Assembly: GCA_030429125.1 (NCBI GenBank)
Contig: JAUIDF010000001.1
Coordinates: 1 to 43,416, forward strand
DNA from: Gammaproteobacteria bacterium
GTDB taxonomy: Bacteria; Pseudomonadota; Gammaproteobacteria; Arenicellales; CAJQKF01
Length of the DNA stretch: 43,416 bases
Direction: 5' to 3'
In this document: in pieces, positions 9,501 to 15,989 of the stretch
How positions within the stretch are numbered: position 1 is the first letter of the stretch
Layout: each line of letters begins with the position of its first letter
Translations under genes and position numbers: made by a program
The notes under the pieces: generated by a model
What the model saw: only the letters and a program-made list of their open reading frames with translations
The model's database searches: none
What the model was told of the DNA's origin: nothing

Positions 9501-10836
9501 CGCGGTGCTCTACATGACCAATGCCTGGGATGCGCCGGTGGCCCTGGCGCTGGTCGTCATGCTGGTGGCCAGCGCCGTGGCGCGGGATCCGGGCACGCCG
9601 CGACGCAAGACGTTCGTGGCGCTGGCCATCGTCGCGCTGGCGATCGGCGTCGCGGCAATGGTCGCGACGCCGTATGTCGCACACTTCGCCACCGACTACG
9701 GTCGCCTTGCCTGGTGGCGCGGCTCGCGCACCACGCTGCCCGGTTTCCTGGCGATGCTCGCCCCTTTCCTGTTTCCACTGGCCGCGGCCTGGCTGCTGGG
9801 GCGCCGCCGGGTGCCGGCCTCGGCGAGCGGGCTCGGCGACGTTGCCCGATACTTCGTTGCCGGCGCGGTGGTGGTGCCGGCCAGCGCGCTCGTGTTACTG
9901 AGCGCGCCGACGGCGCTGATCGTTCTGCCGCTACTGCTGGTCACGTGGCAATCGTGGCGCCGCGGCGATTTCGACGCACCGTTGGCGTGCCTCGTGGGCA
10001 CCGGTCTCGGCCTGGTCCTGGCGGTCGAGTTCGTGCACGTGCAGGGCGACGTCGGCCGCATGAACACCGTGTTCAAGTTCACCTATCACGCATGGGTGCT
10101 GCTCGGCATCTCCGCCGCCGTGCTCGTGCCGAGGCTGTGGTACCTCGCGGGGCGGCGGCGCGCGGCGGTCCGCCTTCCGGTTCGCGCATCGGTACTGCTT
10201 CTCCTGGCCGGTGCGCTGTCCTACCCGCTGTTCGCGGTGCCGGCGAAGTGGGCCGGACGCCCCGTGCTCGATGCCGGCTGGCAGCTGGACGGGACCGCCT
10301 ACCTGCGCCGGCCGCACGCCCGCGAAGCGGGCAGGATCCAGTTGCCGGACGGCGATCTCGCCGCCATCCGCTGGCTGCGGGCGAACGCCGGGCCGGTCGA
10401 CGTCGTCGCCGAGGGGGCGTCGACCGCGGCCTACACCTGGGGTGGACGGATCGCGGTCCACACCGGTCGGCCCACGCTGCTCGGCTGGCTGGGCCATCAG
10501 CGACAGCAGAAGTCGATCCTGCCGCGCCCCGTGGTGGATCGGCGGGCGGCGGATGTCGAGCGGCTCTACGGCTCGGGGGATGCGCAGACGGTGCGTCGCA
10601 TCCTGGCACGGTATCACGTCGCCTATATCGTCGTCGGTGGTTGGGAGCGTGCACACTACGATGCAAATGCGCTGGCGCTCTTCGACCGGCTCGTCGCGCG
10701 CGGCGAACTGGTCGAGCGCTTGCGGCAGGACGCGGTGGTGATCTACGAGGTCGCGGCGCGCGCCCCGCTCGAGGCGTCGCTGCTGCAGCCGGTGTTCCTC
10801 GCGCGGAATCGAGTTGCGATGCCTAGCGGCCGTTGA
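6505..10836 (+). CDS. Fusion protein: N-terminal GT-C/PMT_2-ArnT-like membrane glycosyltransferase module + C-terminal DUF2298/Chlor_Arch_YYY module
   Basis: 1443-aa ORF. TTG start at 6505 with GGGGAG 9 nt upstream; ATG 6541 is an alternative. The N-terminal ~640 aa are polytopic with an HPDERH loop after TM1. A GDGGDGGDG linker follows. The C-terminal ~770 aa carry FGGEKPMDFAYFNAVL, GVLNYYYFG and TEFPFFTMLYGDLHAHF, clearly paralogous to 4382..6412. Divergently transcribed from that gene. Confidence 0.8.
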   Translation: MKSQHHCARVALMVLVLGAVAWAAAVRFAFNDWDGLANLHPDERHLARVVAAVEIPPAWSDYLDADVSPLNPRERGVDLFVYGDLPVTLARLAAESLADLCGQSMSVPAPLGRAACVDATGSPVSWTDIDGITRLGRALSSLFALLSVVLTGLIAWRLAGAAAGVIATWLAAGCVLSIQSSNFFTVDAAATAFVLASFVCVLYCRRLPRDWPAMLLAGFALGAAAACKITLLTFAVVPAAAVIAVAMAEPAARSVRATIGIAAMSVGLYVAVRVLSPSAFDGWVGLDQRWLEDLRVARALVSGSVDYPPGVQWTGRVPWLFPLHTLVTWGMGLPLAAVALGGWLAWGVAAVRRMPAMGPRGFHDPAARGLALAWLWVAVFFAWQGGQWVSTLRYLLPMVFFLVVFAAWALSRWWRQGRVSAWARRGAVLGVIGLSLAWTFAFLAVYAPPHPRLAASDWISARFDPGAVIGYEYWDDPLPVGGDSGDSFERVALDLYAEDTAAKRQRLVDQLASIDYLVLSSNRLVASIPRQPMRYPMTGRYYAALTSGALGFEPVADFAAWPRLGPFVFPDQEWPLPPALRAGDVVVPLPPAEEAFSVYDHPRVIVYRKRADFSASLVSQVLSAVDVESAYHGFRPRAETAAPDGLLFTPAQWRARETRAAPAGDGGDGGDGGMPRHVLAWLAASLILGWLAMPVVARLAPGLADGGASLARVFAIVAVSLGVWWAANTGWGANTARGAYAAVALLALVSVLSWRRARVPIARRTWLIPEAVFVVAFAVALVVRAGTPELWHPVFGGEKPMDFAYFNAVLQSPALPPHDPWFALGVLNYYYFGFVMVSVLTKLTAVPPAVAYNLAMALWFALLCQVAFGIGFHLSARLASRRSGYRPLAGGVLAALLTGCAGNLVHAVMQLRGECRVLSVDPCVFWNASRAVAAAPGEPAPITEFPFFTMLYGDLHAHFLSLPVLLLTVGLALAWTGLRTGLSNPVVDGARAAVVGALIAVLYMTNAWDAPVALALVVMLVASAVARDPGTPRRKTFVALAIVALAIGVAAMVATPYVAHFATDYGRLAWWRGSRTTLPGFLAMLAPFLFPLAAAWLLGRRRVPASASGLGDVARYFVAGAVVVPASALVLLSAPTALIVLPLLLVTWQSWRRGDFDAPLACLVGTGLGLVLAVEFVHVQGDVGRMNTVFKFTYHAWVLLGISAAVLVPRLWYLAGRRRAAVRLPVRASVLLLLAGALSYPLFAVPAKWAGRPVLDAGWQLDGTAYLRRPHAREAGRIQLPDGDLAAIRWLRANAGPVDVVAEGASTAAYTWGGRIAVHTGRPTLLGWLGHQRQQKSILPRPVVDRRAADVERLYGSGDAQTVRRILARYHVAYIVVGGWERAHYDANALALFDRLVARGELVERLRQDAVVIYEVAARAPLEASLLQPVFLARNRVAMPSGR
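8494..8520 (+). repeat. 3 x 9-nt tandem repeat (GGCGACGGC, GGCGACGGC, GGTGACGGC) encoding the GDG-GDG-GDG inter-module linker
   Basis: Read directly from the sequence. It is followed by GGC and then an in-frame ATG at 8524 (MPRHVLAWLAAS...) that opens the DUF2298 module. Confidence 0.9.
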
Positions 10837-12259
10837 CGAGGGCCGGGTGATCGATGGTCGTCTCGGCGCTGCCGAGCAGCCACCTCTCGACCACCTCGCG
10901 CCCCTGCATGTAGCTGTGATCCATGTTGCCCACCTCGTACTTCCAGGCCCCGAACCGGCCGCGGCTGAAGATGCCGAGCGGCTCCAGCTCGCCGCGAGCG
11001 GCGTCGAGGATGTGGTCGCGATCCAGGGTTGGCACCGGGTAGCCGTGCTCGGCGCGATAGTGCCAGCTGCTGCGTACCGCGTCGCCCGCGAGGCCCAGCC
11101 GGCGGCAGGCGTCGAGACAGTCGGCGGCGAGCCGGTGGGTGTCGCGTGGCCGGTGCGCGGAGTGGGAGACCTCCAGCAGCAGCGACCAGCAGCCCGGGGG
11201 CGCGTTGTGATCGCTGTAGTTGCTGAACACCGTGGCGCGATAGAACGGGCAGTCGTGGTCGGGGAAGTACATCCAGCTGTGCTCGCCGATCGGCGCGGGC
11301 GGCGCGCCCTCGAAGCCAATGCCGATGACGTCGACGGCGGCATGCGCCAGTTTGCCGGCCAGGTCGGACAGTCCGGCGAAGCCGCATTGGCGCACCAGGT
11401 GGGTCAAGGGCATGGTGCTCAGCAGGTGGCGGTAGCGGAACCGGCGGCCGTCGGCCGTTTCCGCCACGCGCTCGGCGGCCCGCACCCGCACCACGGCGGC
11501 GCCGAACTCGAGCCGCGACGGCGGCAGTCGCGATGCCAGCGATCGCCAGATGGCGCCGGTCCCGCCACGGCACGGAAAGCGGAATTCGCTGTTCGGGCCC
11601 CAGGTCTTCGGTGAGCGCGCCGGACGCGACTCGTCGGACGACGGCGGCGCCACGCGTTCACCCAGCCATTGCGTGCTCATCCGCTCCAGGGGATGCGACC
11701 ATACCTTGCGGTTGTAGGGCTGCATGAACAGTTCCGCGATGCCGTCGCCAAATGTTGTTCGGATGTAGGCGTCGAAGGACGAACGGTCCGGCGCGATGCC
11801 GGCGGCAACGAGCGCCGCCAGTCCGTCCCGGCATCGCCGGGCCGCCGCCGCGGGCAGGGCGTCGAGGTGATTCTGGAACGGGTAGGGGACCCAGGCACCG
11901 GCGCAGTGGACGTAGGCCCGCCGCGGATGATGCACCCAGTCGTCGGCGTCGATGACGGCAGCGAGCATCGCGTCGTAGGCCGGGTAGTGCGAAAAGATGA
12001 CGTGGCCGCCGACGTCCCAGGTGAAGCCGTCGTGCCCGAAGCTCGCGGCGAGTCCGCCGGGTACCGGTTGGCGCTCCAGCAAGCGGAAGTCGGCGCCGGC
12101 CTCGGCCAGTCGCTGCGCTGCCCCCAGTCCCGTGGGTCCGGCGCCGATGACGAGGTAGTCGACGGTCGTGGTCAAGGTGTGTCGGGTCAGAGTGGATTTC
12201 GAGGTTTGGGGTATACTACTCCCCCAGTAACGGCGCGCGTCGTGCAACCGGCGGGACAT
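10823..12259 (-). CDS. glf: UDP-galactopyranose mutase, long (eukaryote-type) form; FAD-dependent
   Basis: 478-aa ORF with the Rossmann motif DYLVIGAGPTGLGAA. It then has DVGGHVIFSHY, WVPYPFQN, LFMQPYNRKVW, WLGERVAPP, FRFPCRGGTG, CPFYRATVFSNYS, HGYPVPTL, SRGRFGAWKYEVGNMDHSYMQG and a terminal VNGR. These blocks match, in the same order, my recollection of fungal/protozoan UGM (e.g. the Aspergillus enzyme). The start is uncertain: ATG 12259, or an in-frame TTG giving MTTTVDYLVIG. The 3' end overlaps the convergent 6505..10836 gene by 14 nt. Confidence 0.8.
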   Translation of the reverse strand: MSRRLHDARRYWGSSIPQTSKSTLTRHTLTTTVDYLVIGAGPTGLGAAQRLAEAGADFRLLERQPVPGGLAASFGHDGFTWDVGGHVIFSHYPAYDAMLAAVIDADDWVHHPRRAYVHCAGAWVPYPFQNHLDALPAAAARRCRDGLAALVAAGIAPDRSSFDAYIRTTFGDGIAELFMQPYNRKVWSHPLERMSTQWLGERVAPPSSDESRPARSPKTWGPNSEFRFPCRGGTGAIWRSLASRLPPSRLEFGAAVVRVRAAERVAETADGRRFRYRHLLSTMPLTHLVRQCGFAGLSDLAGKLAHAAVDVIGIGFEGAPPAPIGEHSWMYFPDHDCPFYRATVFSNYSDHNAPPGCWSLLLEVSHSAHRPRDTHRLAADCLDACRRLGLAGDAVRSSWHYRAEHGYPVPTLDRDHILDAARGELEPLGIFSRGRFGAWKYEVGNMDHSYMQGREVVERWLLGSAETTIDHPALVNGR

Positions 12260-12321
12260 TATTGTCGGCCGCGCATCCGGGTATCAATCGACGACACCTT
12301 GAGCGTGTCAGGGGAACGAGC

Positions 12322-12936
12322 ATGAAGAAGTCGTCCGGCGATCCGCGCGAGCATTCCACGTCCTCCTCCGGTCGGGTCGGCCGGCGACGGCTGATCAAGG
12401 TCGTGGCCGCCGGCGGCGGCGTGGCCACCGGCGCGGCCTTGGTGCCATCGAAGTGGACCCAGCCGATCATCGAGTCGGTGACGCTACCCGTGCACGCCCA
12501 GACCACCACCGAGAGTGTCACGTTCGCGGCGCCGTTGACCGGCGCCATCGGCATGAACCGGGTTCGCCGCAATGGCTCGGTGCTCGAGTCGCTGCTGGCG
12601 CCCGCGCATGCTGAAGAGGCGCCCAGCGAACTCGCGCCGATCGGTAACCTGGAAAACGCGTGCATCGTTCTCACCTTCCTGCTGGATCGTGTCGACGCAC
12701 AGATCAACACGTTCGCCAACGGATCGTTCTTCGGCAACCTCGCCAATCCCGTTGGCGCCGCCTTCGACATCAACGTCACCGGACCCTACATTGTCGGGGT
12801 GTTCCCCAACACCCTGCCGTTTCCGACCGCCGTCAACGGCATCGTCATCGGCGACGGTGGCAACCTCGCCTACAACGGAGCCGTCAACGGCATCTGCGTG
12901 CCGGCTTCCGTCGAGCCCACGTCGACGCCGGACTAG
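12322..12936 (+). CDS. Hypothetical exported protein with Tat-type signal peptide
   Basis: ATG at 12322 (MKKSSG...) inside track ORF 12262..12936. Twin-arginine motif GRRRLIKVVAAGGGVATGAALV followed by an AHA-type cleavage region. I recognise no family. The TAG stop lies inside the left arm of the inverted-repeat element. Confidence 0.55.
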   Translation: MKKSSGDPREHSTSSSGRVGRRRLIKVVAAGGGVATGAALVPSKWTQPIIESVTLPVHAQTTTESVTFAAPLTGAIGMNRVRRNGSVLESLLAPAHAEEAPSELAPIGNLENACIVLTFLLDRVDAQINTFANGSFFGNLANPVGAAFDINVTGPYIVGVFPNTLPFPTAVNGIVIGDGGNLAYNGAVNGICVPASVEPTSTPD

Positions 12937-13102
12937 GGCCTGTTCACACTATGCGTTCGCGGCGATCTTTCGGCCCATTTTCGCCCCGACGGCGTTGCAT
13001 CTCGTCGCCATGGAACCACCATGACTCCTCGATGCGCCTTGTCGGATGCGAAAAAGTGCACGAAATCTCACTCGCTCAGCGTAGTGTGAACAGGCCCTAG
13101 TC
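12931..13102. mobile_element. MITE-like element: 21-bp perfect terminal inverted repeats flanking ~130 bp of non-coding sequence
   Basis: 12931-12951 gactagggcctgttcacacta is the exact reverse complement of 13082-13102 tagtgtgaacaggccctagtc. CTAG abuts both ends of the GGCCTGTTCACAC... core. The interior is visibly less GC-rich than the flanks and has no credible ORF. It sits in the intergenic gap between two + strand genes. Confidence 0.55.
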
Positions 13103-13254
13103 GGGGCGGCCGTCCGGCGGGCGCTGTCCGGTTGTCGCGTCGCCAGTCCGGTTTCGCCGCCCGTCGATCCGCGACGGTTCTTCCCGCGACCCTGACCGAC
13201 GTCGACGGCCGAACCGTCGATGGCGCGCCGACCGGATTCCTGCATCGTGGGCGC

Positions 13255-14385
13255 GTGGAACATTCCGGTATCGCGCGACGACGATATCTGCTCCTCACGG
13301 AATACTTTCATCCCCACTGGACCGGGCTCTCGACGTCGTTCCTGTCGCTTGCCCGCACGCTGTCGGCCGGCGGTCACGAGGTGACCGTGCTGACCACGCG
13401 CCATGCCGATGAGCTTGCGCCGGCCGAATGCCTCGACAACATCGAAGTACGCCGGGTGCCTCACGCGTTCCGCATCAGTCGTACGCACTATGCCTGGCGC
13501 ATCCTGCCGGCCGCCTGGCGCTCGATGCGGCGCTGTGACGTGGTCATCATCAATTCACCCTTCAGCAATGTACTTCCCTGCGCGATGATGGCGCGGCTGT
13601 TTCGCCGCCGCCTCGTCATCTTTCACCAGGGCGATCTCGTATTGCCGCGGCGCCGGCGCCTGCCGCTGTCCGCGGTGGTGCTGGAGCGGTGCTTCGATGC
13701 CTTCACCCTGCCGGCCATGGCGCTGGCGCACGTCGTATCCACCTATACGGCCGACTATGCCCGTCACTCACGCGTGATGCGGCACTTCACCGCCAAGTGC
13801 CGACCCTTCGTGCCGCGCCCGTTGGTCGAAAGCGAACCGCCCCGCACGAATCGTCCGGCGCCATCGCCGGCTGCCCCGCGCATCGGGTTCGCCGGCCGGT
13901 TCGCCGACGAGAAGGGCCTCGATGTCCTGCTCGATGCGATTCCCCGCGTGATCGAACGGATTCCCGGCGCCCGCTTCGTGTTCGCCGGCGCCACCGAGCT
14001 GCCCTACGAGGACACCTTCGCCCGCCTCGGCGAGCGCCTCGGGCGCGTCGCCGCCCATGTCGACTTCCTCGGACTGTTGCATGGCGACGCGCTGCGCGAT
14101 TTCTACCGGGGACTCGACGTCTTCGTGCTGAGCTCGCGCACCGAATGCTTCGCCTTGACCCAGGCCGAGGCCGCGCTGCTCGGTGTGCCCGTGGTGGCAA
14201 CCGACGTGCCGGGCGCGAGAATGCTGGTGCGGGAAACCGGGTTCGGCGAGCTCGTACGTGCCGGTGATCCGGCAGCCCTCGCCGACGGCATCCTGCGCGT
14301 GCTACACGACCGTGCGCAGTACCTGTCGATGTACGACAACGTCGAGCGATTCTTCGAACGCCATGGACAGCCCGCCTTCGATTGA
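13255..14385 (+). CDS. Glycosyltransferase family 4 (GT-B)
   Basis: YLLLTEYFHPHWTGLSTSF (Glyco_trans_4-like N-terminus), FAGRFADEKGLDVLLDA, and SSRTECFALTQAEAALLGVPVVATDVPGA (E-x7-E region). The GTG at 13255 gives a typical ~377-aa protein. The track ORF starts at TTG 13132, and that upstream 41 aa is Arg-rich and doubtful. Confidence 0.85.
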   Translation: MEHSGIARRRYLLLTEYFHPHWTGLSTSFLSLARTLSAGGHEVTVLTTRHADELAPAECLDNIEVRRVPHAFRISRTHYAWRILPAAWRSMRRCDVVIINSPFSNVLPCAMMARLFRRRLVIFHQGDLVLPRRRRLPLSAVVLERCFDAFTLPAMALAHVVSTYTADYARHSRVMRHFTAKCRPFVPRPLVESEPPRTNRPAPSPAAPRIGFAGRFADEKGLDVLLDAIPRVIERIPGARFVFAGATELPYEDTFARLGERLGRVAAHVDFLGLLHGDALRDFYRGLDVFVLSSRTECFALTQAEAALLGVPVVATDVPGARMLVRETGFGELVRAGDPAALADGILRVLHDRAQYLSMYDNVERFFERHGQPAFD

Positions 14386-15181
14386 ATGCTACCTCGCCGG
14401 CGAGATCGATCCGGCCTTCGCCGCGCGCGCCCGCCTGATACTCGACGCCGTCGCCCGCGAGCAGCCGCTACGAATACTCGATGCAGGATGCGGGCGCGGC
14501 TTTTACCTGCGCATGGCGAGCCTGCTTTGCCGCCGGGGTACCATCATCGGCATTGATCGCGACGCCGACTGTGTCGCGCGCGCGCAAGGCGCGCTGCGTG
14601 GGCGGTCGAACGTCTCGATCATGCGCGGCGATATCTGCCGCCTGCCGTTCGACGACGACAGCTTCGATTTCATTGTCTGCAGCGAGGTGCTCGAGCACCT
14701 GCCGGACGACGATCGGGCGCTGATCGAACTCAGGCGCGTGCTCGCACCGGGCGGTACGCTGGCCGTCAGCGTGCCGTGCCGGGACTTCCCGTTTTCCTGG
14801 GACCCGATCAACTGGGTCCTGATGCGCGTCGCCGGTCGACACGTGCCGGCACGCATGCACTGGCTGGCCGGCATCTGGGCGGATCACGAACGGCTGTATT
14901 CCGCGCCGGAACTGGCACGGCTCGTGGGCCGGCTGTTCCGGCCGGACCGCTATCGCGCCGTGGTCCGGCGCTCATGGCCCTTCGCCCACCTCGTGTTCTA
15001 CGGCCTCGGCAAGAACCTCGTCGATCGTCTCGGCTGGTCGGCATTCGATCGCTTCGACCCGGCGCCGCCCGGCCGCGCCAGGCGGTTGTTGGCGCGCCTG
15101 TGCGCGCTGCCGTGCGGCGCGTTGGAATTCGATGCGACGTGCTCGCCCGCGGTCAATCTCGTTCTTCTCTCGCGCAAGTGA
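14363..15181 (+). CDS. Class I SAM-dependent methyltransferase
   Basis: ATG 14363 within track ORF 14183..15181. SAM motif I is LRILDAGCGRGFY, followed by FDFIVCSEVLEHLPD and LAPGGTLAVSVP. It overlaps the upstream GT4 stop by 23 nt, suggesting an operon. Confidence 0.85.
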   Translation: MDSPPSIECYLAGEIDPAFAARARLILDAVAREQPLRILDAGCGRGFYLRMASLLCRRGTIIGIDRDADCVARAQGALRGRSNVSIMRGDICRLPFDDDSFDFIVCSEVLEHLPDDDRALIELRRVLAPGGTLAVSVPCRDFPFSWDPINWVLMRVAGRHVPARMHWLAGIWADHERLYSAPELARLVGRLFRPDRYRAVVRRSWPFAHLVFYGLGKNLVDRLGWSAFDRFDPAPPGRARRLLARLCALPCGALEFDATCSPAVNLVLLSRK

Positions 15182-15882
15182 AACTGCGCAAGACGGGGTA
15201 CTACGTCCGCTCCCTGCTCGCGGTACTCGGCACGCTCGACAATCCCCACCGGCTGCCGTGCCTGGTGCTCGGGCGTGCCGTTGCCCTCGACCTCGACGGT
15301 CGTCGCGTCTGGATGTCGAGTGCGCTCGATGTGCTGGTGTTCAAGGAGGTCTGCATCGACGACGAATACCGCCTCGGCGAGCTGGTCGATCCACACTGCA
15401 TCGTCGATGTCGGCGCCGGCGTGGGTGAGTTCGCCGTCGAGGCGGCGCGACGCCACCCTCGCGCCCGCGTGCTGTGCTTCGAGCCGGATCCCGCCCGATA
15501 CGCGCTGCTCAAGCGAACCATCGACGACAACGACTGCACCCGTGTCGAGACACACCGTGCAGCCGTCGGTACCGATGCGTTCCGTCTCGACCGCCTGAAC
15601 CTGCCCGCGATCGACCTGCTGAAAATCGATTGCGAGGGCGCCGAGTTCGACGTGCTCGAAAGCCTGTCCCCGGCGCAACTCGCCGTCACCCGGCGCGTCG
15701 CCCTGGAGTACCACGATACGGGCGCCGAGCGGCGCTCGGTGTCGACCAGCCGGTTCCTGGGCGATCACGGCTTCGCCGTCGAGGTGGTTCCCGACCGGTT
15801 CGATCCTTCGCTGGGTCACGTCTACGCCAGTCGTGCTCCCGCGTCCGGCGGCCAGGGGGCGCCGCTCGTCCGGAAAACTTGA
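15178..15882 (+). CDS. FkbM-family methyltransferase
   Basis: GTG 15178 overlaps the upstream TGA (GTGA). Motifs IVDVGAGVGEFAVEAARR and IDLLKIDCEGAEFDVLESL are typical of FkbM/TIGR01444. The upstream part of track ORF 14776..15882 is out-of-frame overlap with the previous gene. Confidence 0.85.
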   Translation: MKLRKTGYYVRSLLAVLGTLDNPHRLPCLVLGRAVALDLDGRRVWMSSALDVLVFKEVCIDDEYRLGELVDPHCIVDVGAGVGEFAVEAARRHPRARVLCFEPDPARYALLKRTIDDNDCTRVETHRAAVGTDAFRLDRLNLPAIDLLKIDCEGAEFDVLESLSPAQLAVTRRVALEYHDTGAERRSVSTSRFLGDHGFAVEVVPDRFDPSLGHVYASRAPASGGQGAPLVRKT

Positions 15883-15885
15883 CGC

Positions 15886-15905
15886 CATCGACCCGCCGGT
15901 CGATG
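15886..15905 (+). terminator. Weak hairpin (8-bp stem CATCGACC/GGTCGATG, 4-nt loop) followed by CTTTC
   Basis: Read directly. It lies just after the FkbM stop and before the peptidase gene. There is no proper U-tract, so terminator function is doubtful. Confidence 0.3.
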
Positions 15906-15989
15906 CTTTCGCCCGTGCCCGCCACGTACCGCGTACGCGGGCCGCAAGGAGGAGAACCGGACGTCGCATCGCCGACGGGGAGGACGACC

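Noticed and set aside
7627-9684. 685-aa minus-strand ORF and 8544..10826 (+, 760 aa, alternative frame) inside the 1443-aa gene.
   Set aside because: Their composition is dominated by Arg, Gly, Pro and Asp. They overlap a frame that carries paralog-supported membrane-protein motifs, so they are shadow ORFs.
15474-15989. Upstream extensions of track ORFs: 15474..15989 for the peptidase, 17216..17875 for the GH108 gene, 14183..14362 and 14776..15177 for the methyltransferases.
   Set aside because: The extensions are Arg/Pro-rich and overlap the preceding real genes out of frame. Internal starts with an RBS or stop/start overlaps give proteins that begin at the family N-termini.
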